Below are positions 12,881 to 26,082 of a DNA stretch of 64,000 nucleotides, piece after piece. Position 1 is the first letter of the stretch, and every line of letters begins with the position of its first letter. The translations under genes and the position numbers were made by a program. Location: NCBI GenBank assembly GCA_964247055.1, contig OZ176057.1, positions 3,844,001 through 3,908,000 on the forward strand. The letters are read 5' to 3'. The notes below the pieces were generated by a model, which was given only the letters and a program-made list of their open reading frames with translations, was not told where the DNA came from and did no database searches. This DNA comes from Paragordius varius (taxonomy: Eukaryota; Animalia; Nematomorpha).

Positions 12881-14612
12881 TTATAAAAAATGTGTTTCAG
12901 AATAGGTTAATAAGTTAATACACTTTCTAATTTTTATTATCACTTATATTTGAGCGATTCAAATTTGAATATCTATATTTGTAATGAGAATTTTCGGAAA
13001 ATGGGGCGCATGAAATTAAAAAGTTTTAATTATTTATAAATAGGACGAGGACGACTAAGCCCTTTTTTGAATTAGCATACAGCCCCGCCATGTATAAATG
13101 AGTATTTTTAACACTTTGATCGGGATAAATAAACCAAAAAGTTTACTAGGATAAAAAGGTGAAAAGGTTGTTGCTAGAGAGGCCTATTGAATTCATATTT
13201 TGATATTCTTGTACCTACGTTGAGTAACACTATTTTAGAATTTTGAGTTAAGCCTCTTAGCCGGACATGTGAAAATTTATTGAACAATTCTTAGGCTTTA
13301 CACACGATTCCAAAAAGCTTGAGGGCGCAGGCAGTTTAATAATTGGTTTATCCAATTAATTGCCCCGATAGTGATTCAGCCCTTTTTTAATTGCCCTCTG
13401 ATCGCTCGTGTTTTTTACAAAAATTTTGTTTTTGCCCGTATATGTGCACGCTCAGATAAAAATATTTTATTGGTTTAAATGCGACGCACATGACTCCCTT
13501 CTGTTAAAACCCGCATTATGAAAAGGAAATTTTTTTATCTAGAGCATTTTTCTGAAAGCATAAAGGGTAGTAGGTATACAACGGTAATACTAATTCTTAT
13601 TTTTGAAATCAATTTAATCTTTATTTAAAATAGTAGCATAAGGGCATCATTTTTTCTATACGCCCTCTATAAAAATAGCGTTGACGGCAGTTTTTTAAAC
13701 ACAGATCACATTGAACTCGATAATTTTTTATGCCAAATTTTTTAGCAGAGGTAACTTTATAGGTTCCTCATTATGTATATTATGATTTTTATATTTATCG
13801 TATTAATGCACAGTTTTCCTTTACAAACATAAAATTAGTCTAACCGAATTCTATGCATATTTATCAAATAATTATGTAAATATTTTAATTAATACGATAA
13901 AGCATTTTTAAATTCAATTAGTGTGTAATTGGAAATATCATCTCAATTGACCTATATCTATACATACTTTGTAATTAAAAGTATTATTTATATAGAATAC
14001 AGAAGAAAGACTTTATTTTTATTAGGAGTTGTTTGAATTAACCCATTATTTAGTTCCTTTAATTCCACACATGTCTTATATTTATCGTATAACTAAATCC
14101 CTTGATATCATTCCAACCCCGGTCCCACGAGTCTGTTATAACTGACACATCGCGTCCACTTTTTGCATATTAAATAAGAACAAAGCATTGAAAGATTATC
14201 ATTATCATACACTCTAGTTTCATTTTAGTTATTTCTAAAATAATCAGTAAATCCAATGTTATATGGTGATATCAATAAATCAAATTCAAAACTGTAAATG
14301 ACTCATTTACGTCAAATTGCATGAATTCAAACTTCATCAATAATATTCCTGACCTTAATTAATTAATTGATATTAAAAAATCTATTAACAATCAAACCTA
14401 AATACTCTGAATGACAAAAACTAATTACCAAGTTCCAATGATTTGTACCTGCTTTGATAACGATGAAACATAATTATTCTTTAAAATAATACAATAATAC
14501 CTTCAAAAGGTTTAAAAATGAATAAGAAATGTTGACAAATGGCAATTAGGAAAACAATATATCTTGTATAAAAACGATTTACGCCCGTAAAATATGGCAG
14601 AACACCAAGTTA

Positions 14613-14651
<39 letters not shown>

Positions 14652-14912
14652 AAAAAATATAGGGATTTGAAACAAAGATTTCCTCGTATGTAGATTAGAC
14701 CTTTAGCTTTGAAGAATTTATATACCGGAATAATTTTAGTTTTAGGATATCATATTTTATCCTCTAATTATTTAAAAATTCTGATCTGAATAACTCTTTT
14801 TAACAAAATATCTAACAGTGACGATGGATGAATAGATTAATTTATTTTACTTGAAGCATTAAGCATCCTTAAGATTCAAATTTAAATTTTAAATTACATT
14901 GAAAACGAAATA

Positions 14913-15095
14913 CAGTATGATTAAGTATACATTGCTAGAAAGTTAATAATTATTGCCAAATAGTAAGTACAACAAAAGGCCGTATTGGCGTTATTTTTTT
15001 CACTTTACTATATTGGCCAATAATACTTCTCTTTCTTATATATACTATTTGGCAATAATTAATAACTTTCTAGCAATGTATACTTACTCATACTG
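14913..15095. mobile_element. Tc1/mariner-type MITE with ~55-bp near-perfect TIRs
   Basis: TA|CAGTATGATTAAGTATACATTGCTAGAAAGTTAATAATTATTGCCAAATAGTA...TACTATTTGGCAATAATTAATAACTTTCTAGCAATGTATACTTACTCATACTG|TA; a partial relative lies at ~56085-56160. Confidence 0.8.
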
Positions 15096-16929
15096 TATAT
15101 TTAATGCAACGATGTAAACACTATTACTTCTGTGCTCAATAATCTTTAAGTGTAGTTTTCTACCCCATGACTAAAGTGTAAAGATACTATTGTTTTGAAA
15201 GTTGTTGTGGTTAAAAACCAATTATAAAACCCTCTTTTCAAGTATTAGATGCCAACTTAGAAATTTTACAGTTAAATTTTAGAGTCCTAAATCTGTGTAG
15301 CACAAATTAATAAATATCACTAATTTGCTGGTAAATTGTAATATAAAGGCTTAAAAAATGGAGAAAAAGTTTTAATAAAGATTTTTTTTACAATTTTACA
15401 TTTTATAAAATATATTTTTATACAGATCACATTTTTTAATTTGGCCTAGTGATAAATATATTTATTAAGATTGGGGTATAAAACTAACCCTAAAGGTCAT
15501 GACATGTAACATACTTAATCCAATATCAATTAGAATCGTATTCGAATGCTAATACGTTGTATTCATGGCACGGGATAAAGTATAAAAATAGGGTCTGCGA
15601 ACCCCGTGGGAACCTATTTAGATCTTTAATGCGACCACAAACTCATCCGAAAAAATTAAACAATTTATATCTTGAACTGATTATAAAGGGAAAAATGTTT
15701 AAAATAACTTTAGCATTTACTTTTTGTTGGTAGTATTATGTCTAACTCTCATTTTTTCCATTTTGAAAATTGAAACATAAATTATATTAATTTTGGTGTG
15801 ATATAGAGGCATTATTTATTTATATATATTGGCAAAGAAGTTCTATAAATTGGCACAATTGTTTATTTACAATAATGTTTTTGTCTTAAAATACTCCTAA
15901 ATGAGTAAATGAATTTTTCACATCATATAAGCATAAAAATACGTTGTTTACCAATCTTATTTAATTAGGGGAAAATAATGCTGTTTTTATATTTATATAT
16001 AGTCACCGAAAAAAGGTTTTCAAAATTTGTAGAGTCATATCATACTTTCTTTTATGATAGGATTCCATTTCCAGTTTACGTGTGAACACCATCCCCTAAA
16101 AATTTGATTTTTGTTAGACTGAAATCGTAAAAAATATTCAATGATAATTGAATAGTTACTAAAATAAGTGACAGTTTTATTATGGCCAACATTAATAATA
16201 GGCAAAATATTTGAGTTAATATAAAACCTGATAAAATAATTTAAAGACATTCTTTTTTGTATATATGCTAAAGTTTAATAAATTAATATTATAAAAATAA
16301 TTATCTCTTAGTATGTCAATGACATGGCGAGCTGGTTAACTTATTTTAGCGTTAGAATGGAAAAAAGACGATATTTTGCTAAAATGTTGCAAAATAAAAA
16401 TGGCGCCGAAGTAATATGATAGAAGCCAAAAATTTGATTAGATATTTGTCTTATTTATATAATTTTATATGAGATAAAAGTCTAAATTTATACTGGAACC
16501 ACCCCTTCCAGTTATTTTTAATAATCAATTCAAAAATGTTCTAGTTAAAAATATTGAAAATATATAATAAATAATTGTCCTATCCAAAGATAATATCATA
16601 AGTATCCTCATAAGACTGCGCCAGAAATCGAGTGTATAGAAATTATCTGTGAAGATATCTTATTATTTAGGTATTTTGGTTTCGGCCCTTACAGGTGATT
16701 TAAGAAAGTTATTTTCACTTTTGTAATAAGTGCTCCATATCAAAAATGCTGAAATTTGCACAAATTTTTTTGAATATTTTTTTGGTAGTTCCTTTATTCC
16801 AAAAAAACACTATATATTTTAAACATCGGGTAAGGTGATAAAATATTTTTTTGACTAACTTGCAAAAAGTCATGGCTTACTTTCATTAATAAAAAAATTT
16901 CACATTAGATGACTTAGGTCAGGCAAGAA

Positions 16930-19410
16930 AACTTTTCGGAGGTGATATAAAATCATATAATCAAGTAAAACTTATTTGCAAGTGTGGGGTAAGGCACACT
17001 TGACAGATTTAAAAATATGGATAAAATTATTTTGATTTATGTATGTGATTTAGCCTTTATATGTAATTAAAACCTTTGTTAATGATATATATATTGTTTA
17101 TTGATAAATTTTGGCCAATTAACCTATTCAAACTGGTGGATAAAAAAGAGGATAAATTTTTACAAAAACTCTGCTAATAATTAAGAACAATGCATATGTA
17201 AATATATCGATTCCCTAAATCCGCAAATAATTTGATTCTCAAAAATTTCTTGTTAATACTTTAATATTTATCTTGTAAAATTTCAAATCTTTGTTAATAA
17301 ACGCTAAAAGTTACTTCACTATTAACTAATGTAAAAAATTATTTCATCATAAATTTATCAAATGTAATGTTGATAATAAATTAAAAATAATCATTTGTTA
17401 TATATAAATATCTTCCCATTATATTTGCAAATAGACCTAATGAGTAGTGTGGTAAAATAATAGAGAATTATTTAAGGGAGGATAATTTTATTTAAAGTTA
17501 TTAATGGGCTCAATATTTGAAAAAATCTATAATATTAAAGAAGATACGTGCCAGTGAGTTTGAAAAACTTTAATAAATGCATATTGTTAATTTTCTATCT
17601 TTTGGTGCCTTATTTCATATTGGCTGAAGATCAAAATAATTTCCCTTTTGGATGGCAAAAAAATGTTACATTCATAAGCAAAAAACTTGACTTAAGTGTT
17701 TTTTTAACACCGATCTCCAAGTCTACATTTACTGGCTTAAGTAAACTTGCTCAACTTGCCATGCTTGATTTACAAGTCAAATGCGACTTTTTTATCACTT
17801 CAACCTATATATATATATATATAATGATTTTGCTGGTAAAATGTAGCCAAATCTTTTACATTATACAATAATTTACCTGTTCCATTAGCGATAACTTAAC
17901 ATGTTTAAAAAAAATTATTGTATAACAGTAAGAAAAATCAATTTTATATCTTTTTAAGATATAAAAGTTTAACACATCTAACATCGATAAAAACAGATAA
18001 TGAGTGGGGTGATAAAAAAGTCGGACTTGACTTGTAAGTCAAGCGTGGCAGGTGCAATTTTACTTAAGCTACAAGTGTACACGTGAAGATCGGTGATAAA
18101 AAAACATCAAGTCATTTGCTTATCAATGTAACATATTTTTGCAATCCAATTCAAATTTTACGGAAATTATTTTGATCTTCAGCCAAAATTTATGAAATAA
18201 GGCACCAAAAGATAAAAAATTAACAATATGCATTTATTAAAGTTTTTAAACTCACTGGCACGTATCTTCTTTAATATTATAGATTTTTCTAAATATTGAG
18301 CCCGTTAATAACTTTTAAATAAAACTATTCTCCCTTAAATAATTATCTATTATTTTACCACAATGTTTGGAGTCCATTTGCAAATATAATGGATGTTTAT
18401 ACAATATAAATTATATTTAATTGATTATAAACAATTTGAAAATATTTGTTTTTTAATATAGTTATAGCGATTTATTAAACAAGATTAAAATTTAACAAGA
18501 TATATAATAATTATTATTAATTTTAAGAAATTTTCGAGAATCAATATTTTGCGGCCTCACGGAATTGATATATTTAGAATATTTTTATACGACATGTTCA
18601 TTATATTATCTGGTTTTTATATAAATTTATCCTCTTTTATAACCCAATTTGAATAGGTTAATTAGCCAAAATTGATTGAATAAAAAATTTATATCAAAAA
18701 AGGTTTTAACACTTGGATACAACACATTCATTTTATTCCTTCGATTCAAATTGAGGTAGTTGGATACCCCAGGCCTGTTTAATATTAAATTCTTTAAAAA
18801 ATATGTAGGAATTGAAACCATAGCAAAATTTTGCACTTATATAACTTTAATAAACCGGAATATATAAAAAAATTTTTCAAAAATACTTGATATTACTTAT
18901 TTTAATAAAACCCAAAGGTGAAAATTTTGTCAACCTGACATATGGGCAATGGCTAAAATGAAAAATAATACAAAATAAACTACTTTTTTATTTATATCAG
19001 TGTTAAATATGAGATAAATAAAAAAATAGCTTCAACTATATGAAAAATAAATGAACACGATATTTTGCAAAAAGTTTGCAAAATAAAAATGGCGTTTAAG
19101 TAGTTTAAGATGGAACTTTTTTTTCAAAACGAAATTTTATTAAAATATTTTAGCCTATTTATATAATTTTTATTGGGATAGAAGCATAAATTTAAATTAG
19201 GACCGTTTCCTTCAGTAGTTTTTTTAAAATTTTAAATTTAATTTGGTGTGGGGTATTTAGATACCCCAAATTGAATCGAAGTGTTAATTATATATATACA
19301 GCTTAAATTTACATAAATAGTTTTCAAAAAAATTTTACCTGTCAAGTGTGCCCTCCACACTTGCAAAATCTATGAGTTTTGATCATATGATTTTTATTAC
19401 CCCACCCAAA
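16930..19410. repeat. Large imperfect fold-back palindrome (arms ~16930-17805 and ~18005-19410; right arm interrupted by the family B element)
   Basis: Arm pairs read directly, e.g. GAAGATACGTGCCAGTGAGTTTG / AAACTCACTGGCACGTATCTTC, AATTAACCTATTCAAA / TTTGAATAGGTTAATT, and TTGCAAGTGTGG..GGCACACTTGACAG / CTGTCAAGTGTGCC..CCACACTTGCAA; ~200-bp spacer. Confidence 0.88.
18710..19283 (+). mobile_element. TTAA-flanked (piggyBac-like) non-autonomous element, family B
   Basis: TTAA|CACTTGGATACAAC...GAATCGAAGTG|TTAA. The empty site with a single TTAA is visible in the opposite arm of the host palindrome at 17067-17070. Confidence 0.82.
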
Positions 19411-19675
19411 GAGTTATTTTATAGTTTATTTTTAGCAAATCTACATTATAATTATATCTAAAAAATAAATATAAATATTTATTTATTAATTTAAAATAAA
19501 CGATTAAAATTAATATTTAAATAATATCTAGCAAAATAATTATATTCATATATTGTAATGTAATTAAATACTGCCATGGAATGTTTATTTTTAAAATTAA
19601 ATTAAGTGTTTTTATAATTTTAATTTGCATTTTCAATTATTTTACAATCTATCTTCTATTTCTACGCAACAAAAA

Positions 19676-21587
19676 ATGGCCGACAAAATAGATATGTCCC
19701 TTGACGATATAATCAAATCAAAGCGACAAAATATTCGTGGGCGTGGTGGACGTCGTGGTGGTAGAGGAGGACGCGGACAGAATAATCTAACTAGCCGTAG
19801 ATTTCAAAATCAAAACTTTAGAAGGCGCAGAAATGTAATAATATTATTATTGTTATTTTAATTATTTTTAATTTTAATGGTTAAATAAAATATTTTATAG
19901 TTTGGTAACGCTGGAATAAATGGTAAATGGCAACACGACATGTATAAAACCAATATGAATCTCACAACTCCGAAACAACTGCTGACTCGTTCAAACAATA
20001 TACTTTTGGCAAATAATATTATTGGCGGTCCGGGCAAATTGCTGATCTCTAATTTGGATTTTGGCGTAACTGATTCAGATATACAAGTAATATTTTAATT
20101 TTATAAATTTTATTTTTTTTATTAATTATTTTTATTAGGAATTATTTGGTGAATTCGGTGCATTGCTAAATGCTGCCGTTCATTATGATCGAACGGGAAG
20201 ATCTCTTGGAACGGCTGATGTCATATTTGAACGAAAAGTTGACGCACTTCAAGCCATAAAGAAGTACAACAATGTCCCTCTTGATGGTAAATTCATCACT
20301 TTTAAATATCCTCTTGATTTTACACGTATCGTGGGATAATATATCTCGATTCTCAAAAGTTTAACTGGCACTGATAATTGTTAAACACGTTTTGGCATGA
20401 AAAAACGGTTTTTGCCGACAGAACGTGCGTAGATCGAATTAATAATTACATGTCGCAGTAATGCCGCACATTATATTTAAATGGTACCTCTTTTAACTTT
20501 GGAAATTTATTATAAATACCAAATTCAATTGGCTTGTATTCTGCGCCTTCCACCTATTAATTCAGGAGAGCACGATGAAGTCATGTTATTTCTATTATAT
20601 TTTTCAAGTTTGTTTTTGTCACACAAAGTATAATAATACTTTATTAAATTTTATATAATATATCAAAACATAACAATAACTTTTAAACATGTAACATATG
20701 TCTTTTGGTTGGCTGAAACACGTTTGGACACAATCGTCTGCTGCACTGATAATTTATTGGAGTGATCACAATTTTTTAAAACTTGGTAACAGCAGAATTA
20801 AATGTCATGTGCAATTATTCCTAAATACGACAAATGGTGGAATTTGTACGGTAGTGTGCTTCTGAAACAATGTTTTGTTTTTATGCTATACTAGGACGTC
20901 CAATGAACATTCAATTTGCCTCGTCTGACATAAATTTTGCCAATGGGACAATCAAGTATATACTCCAATTTTAATTTTCTAAATTAAATTTTTAATCCAT
21001 TTTTTTCCACATTTGTGTCGTCCTTTTTTTCACCTATAAAAGAGGTTTATTAAAACTGTTTTCTAAAAATATTTATTTCTTGATTAGTGCCAACACCTCA
21101 CCACTCAACAAATTATTGCAACAGCAAACACAAAAATTCTCCCCTAGACAGCAACAAAGACGAAGTGGCGGACTTGGTGGTCGAGGCCGTGGGGTACGAT
21201 CCCGCCCCTTTGGGCGCCGAGGAGCGCGTGGAGCTGCTGGTCTTCGAGGTGGTCGCCGTGGCAACCGTCAGAATAATGTCAAGAGTTCGATGACCCAGGC
21301 TCAGCTAGACGCCGAACTTGATATATACAACTCTCAGGTGGTGTTAATAAATTACATATTATGTTTAATTATATTTGACAAAAAATGAAATTATGTTTTT
21401 AAATATTGTTGTTTATGTTACGGTAAAGTTAAATTTGTTAAGGTCTGGTATCAATTTAGTGTTTTTTAATATTTACATGGTAATTTGGTTTTCATTAACC
21501 TATATTCAATCATTGTTTATGGCAATTACACTGCTTAATAAAAAACAACCATTTTTATATTTTTTTTATTTGTAGATGGAACAATGA
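19676..21587 (+). CDS. ALYREF: THO complex subunit 4 / Aly-REF mRNA export adaptor (~271 aa)
   Basis: Exons 19676-19834, 19901-20086, 20139-20286, 20895-20955, 21088-21337, 21576-21587, all in phase. N-terminal REF motif [17 protein letters not shown] tract, [11 protein letters not shown] ([25 protein letters not shown]...[18 protein letters not shown]...[14 protein letters not shown]), second RGG tract, C-terminal motif [17 protein letters not shown]-stop. Confidence 0.97.
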
Positions 21588-21840
21588 GACTGATCAAGAA
21601 ACCTTATTATCCTCTTTATATATATATGATTTGAAATACTTTCCGATATATATTTATAAATATTGTAGAACTATAAATATATTAAATGTGTATAATTATT
21701 AAATGTGTATAATTATTTGTTGTTGCGCATTCAACACATATACCAATAAATTATGAGGTCATATAATGTAAAATTTGAGTAACATGCGGCTTTAATGAGT
21801 CTAATTTTATTTAAAACACGGTATCCAACATGCGTTTATA

Positions 21841-22015
21841 TACCATTTACTATTCAATTTCACTACTAAATTATAAGCCAAGCTAATATAACTTATTAGT
21901 AATATGAAATATCTTTATAGCATATATTATTTTAATCAAAATCTCATTTTTTATTATTATAAAAAATATAGGTAATTTTTAACTTAAAATAGGGTTAATT
22001 CGAAGTGTAAATGGT
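21841..22015. mobile_element. MITE family A, degenerate short copy
   Basis: TACCATTTACTATTCAATTTCAC...AGGGTTAATTCGAAGTGTAAATGGT. Confidence 0.6.
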
Positions 22016-23112
22016 TTTGCCGCTACGACTAATTAAATAGTATGGAAAAATTCATGAATTTTTTAAAATGCGAAATTTATGTAGAATACACCTTAACAAT
22101 ATTTGAATTGACCCCTCCCAAATTTTGGCAATGAAAGAAGAATCCATGAAATAAATGATAATTTTTAGGTTCTACAGTCTTAAGTTTTAAATCTAATAAA
22201 ATAAGGACCGCCAAGCCATTCATGTTGGACACTCCACATCTTAAATGGTTTTCAAGAAATTTATTTAATTATTTGCCTAAATAAAAAGTCTGGATTAAAA
22301 TCGCAAGATTGAAACTTTTACCTGTTTTGGAAGCTAAACATTCAAACCTGAAACTAATATTTATTAATTTTTCATACAATATTTTTTAAAAAACAGGAAC
22401 CACATTTTTTGGAAACCGACTTTAATTAGTAGTAAAAAGGTGAAACAGTTTATATATTATATAAATGCGCATTCAATTCTTATGATATAGATCGGTCCTT
22501 TTTACTGTTTGCGCTAAATACAATAACCTTGAAACATTGTTTCAATATTGACACAAGCCGCCTTTTATATGTATTGCAATGTGTAAATACCTAAAAATAT
22601 ATCGAATAAAAGATTTAAAAAGCAAATAATATAAATAGAGGTGTTTTTGATCTTGCACTGGTGAATATAATATAGAAAACGTAAAAGCGATGTAAATAAG
22701 CTTTTATATTCATTTTTTTCTTGTCTAAATTTTTAATTTTATTTAAAATAAAATTTATTTGATAATTATATTTCAAAAACGCCCAAAACAAATGGTTTGG
22801 TAGGCCGAAATTCTGGCACGGTCGAATATAAAAAAATATCAACATCATCAATATATTTATATAATAATAACCAATATATTCCAGACCGCTTTGAAATTCG
22901 AATATCTTAAATATTTGACGCAATAAGCCAAATTTAAAGCTTTCTTTAGCCTTTGAGATGAATTATACAATTTTCTTTACAAAAATGTAAAATTTTAAAT
23001 CATCATCTCAAACTTTTTTACCGCCATTTTTTTCCAAATTTTTTATCGCTAATGCAACAGGCATATAAATGTAAATTATGGTCAAATATAAATAATTAAT
23101 TTTATAAAACTT

Positions 23113-25214
23113 CAGTGGCGTACCGATGGGGGGGCAAGGGGGTGCATCATGCCCCGGGCGCCGTTATTTAGGGGCGCCTAAATGATTTTTTTAAATTAAA
23201 TTTAAATTATGCAAAAATAAAAACAACTTTCAAGTAAGATTTTTCAGCAACTTAGGTAATTTCTATATAAAAATTATATAATTGAGATTAAGACCAAACA
23301 TTGTGCAAAAACTTTCATTATTCCCTTCAACCAGTGCAAACTTATTTTTTCGCTTAAAAAACATTTTTTTATCACGCACATATTGTTAATTCTTTTACCT
23401 TTAATTAAATTATCTTAACTTCTCGCTCTGTTCAAAAAACCTTATCTCTTATTCTTAAAATTTGTAATTGCATTTTTATTTTTTATATATTCAATTTCGA
23501 AACCCATTTTTATTTATTTAACAAAATCATTTCATATCTCAGAGGATGGGCTATTATTAATATAGCCTATTATTTTTTATAAATACTTTCTTTTTCATCA
23601 GATATCAATGTCTAAACTCAGCGGTTATGCAAATAAGAAACGGTAAATCCATGAAGGGAATAAAACAAAAAAATGCGAATGAGTATGAAATCTTATTTAA
23701 CTAAAATATCTGACCCTAACATTTAAAGGTGTATGAGACACAAATATAACAGCCCCCCTACATAAAAACTTTAATACACCTGAAACCCTAGCTATTGATC
23801 CAATATATAGGAAAACTACAAATATACCATTAGGGATTCCAAGCGCTATATCTATAGAGTTTAATGATGTCGCCTTTTTCTAATAATAGTGTTTCTCCCG
23901 TAATATCTAATAAGCTTCGCACAGAAATGATTCTCCGTGGACCTTTACTCAAAATGATTGCTATCTCTTTGAAACAAAAAATCATCGTTCAATGCCCCAA
24001 TCTTGATTTTTTCGACGTGTCGGTAAAAATAAGGAATTGAAGTTGGTCTTGGTTTTTATATTCTCCAAAGAACAGATCTGCGTATGGTTATTGTTGCCTA
24101 CTTTTTGATCGATTACATCGAATATTGGCCTGCATTTCTAATCAACCAAAATCTCCCTTTTCGAGGACATGTTGCAAGTTTAATGTATCTAGATGACTCA
24201 GCACCAAATCCTGGAATCTTATCTTTACTAAAAGTTGCAGCTCGGTTTGACCCAATAATGGGAGAACACATGTAAAACATTGAATCTCCTAACACTTTAT
24301 CCTATGTTTCATCCAATATCCAAAACGAGTTTATACATCTTTTAGCTTCAAGAGTTAAAGCTAAGTTGATTAATGACATAAAAAAAACAAATATTATAGA
24401 CTTATATTTGATCTAACGCCAGATATAGCCCACCGAGAACAAATTTCTTAAGTTGCCAAGTAGGTGTTTATTGATTATGAGAAAAAGAGAGTTGTCACAA
24501 GGAATTCTTTTTTGGTTTTTTTCAGTTATACAACAAATGCAATGTCAATTTAAAAGGTAATTTTAAAAAATTTAAGTATGGATAATATTCAGTTATCAAA
24601 TAGTAGATCTCAATGCTATAATAATGCAGCTGTGATGTCAGGTCACATTTCAGGCGTTCAACAAAGAATTCTGGAAAAAATAAAAGATCAATATTTGTCA
24701 ATTGTGACACTCATTACTTGAATTTGGTAGGAGTCACGGTAGCAAAACAAGATGTTATTATTGTGACCTGTTTCGGAATAATTGAAAATATCCATCTTTT
24801 TTTCAACTATTAGATGAGACTTATTGAAAAATAAACTAAAAAACTGTTAAGCGTGAGTCTGAAGCCCGATGGAGTGCTAGAATTCAAGCACTTACCATTG
24901 TTGTAGGAATAGATGATTTAATAGAGCTATTAGGATAAGTAAAAATACTTCAAATACTAGTGAAACAAGAAGTGAGGCATCCATTTTACTTCAAAGTGTT
25001 TTTTCAATTTTTAACATTAATTTTTTTCTGCCATCAAATACTTATAAGAATAGATAGGGTTCGACATAGATTGCAAGATTTTAAAATTGATTTATGAAGC
25101 ATTTAAAAACGTTAATATTTTTTTTACTAAATTGTTTTATTGGCTTTCAAAAAGAGGAGGGGGCGCCATTACAGTTTTATGACCCAGGCGCCGCAAATGA
25201 TCGGTACGCCACTG
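23113..25214 (+). mobile_element. Defective hAT-superfamily DNA transposon (2102 bp) with decayed ZMYM1/DUF4371-type transposase
   Basis: 15-bp TIR CAGTGGCGTACCGAT...ATCGGTACGCCACTG and a perfect 8-bp TSD TAAAACTT on both sides. Internal transposase remnants: NQNLPFRGH, NPGILSLLK..RFDPIMGEH, IFDLTPDIAHREQIS, CYNNAAVMSGHISGVQQRILEK, FVNCDTHYLNLV, broken by stops and frameshifts. Confidence 0.93.
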
Positions 25215-26082
25215 TAAAACTTTTCGGTATTTTACCAGAATTTTATAGATTTGGTATCAATATCAGCTGTGCGTTTCGAGCGTGTTTTGAAGCGTCCCAA
25301 TTTTAGACTCTAGAGGTCACAAATACGTAAAAAATGCCGGTTTTTTATCAAATATGATAAAAATGTTTGATAATTAAATTTTAACTAAAATAACTTATAA
25401 AACACTAATTTATTACAAAAATAAGCATTGAATTAAACTGCCTAATATGTTAACTAGGACAAATAAGTTAAATCATGAGGCATGTGGTTATGGTTAAAAG
25501 GCTATATTGCTGCATATCAGATTTTTAAATATTTAGCTATATTTAACACTGTATTTTTACTCTTAAACCTTCAATAATGTAAGTAATAAAAAGAAAGGCA
25601 ACATGCATATAAATAATTTTTTTAATTTATAATATAGATAGCCTATGATTGTATTGATGTTTTATCAAAAGTCAGTAATCATCACTTTAATGGCTCTATA
25701 ATGGAAAATAATTTTTGAAAATCAAAAGTCAAAATAAAAAAAAACTAAACCAATTTTTTTTTGAAAAAAACAAGCCATACTTTTTTTATACAATTTAAAT
25801 GATAACAATCACAACTGTCATCAATTTAGTATTTTGCAACGCGCAACATAGTAGTATATGTAAAAATCAAGGTTAAAAAATTAGTGCTCTTGGCATTTCA
25901 TGTTGGTTACATCCATAAAAAGCAAATAAAAATCTACAAAGTTCTTTAAGAGCATTATTTTAAAATAATCTTGGCACTGTGATTATTTATAATATTTTAG
26001 CAAATAATAGTTTTGTCCAAATTAAAATGTTACAATATGAACCTTTTATTTTGGAGATGACATAAACAAAATTCTTTTAATA

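Noticed and set aside
17548-17871. 107-aa ORF with a signal-peptide-like start
   Set aside because: It lies in the left arm of the large palindrome, starts at GTG, and the mirrored arm does not preserve the frame.
21073-21264. Arg/Pro-rich minus-strand ORF
   Set aside because: It is the antisense of the RGG-coding ALYREF exon 5.
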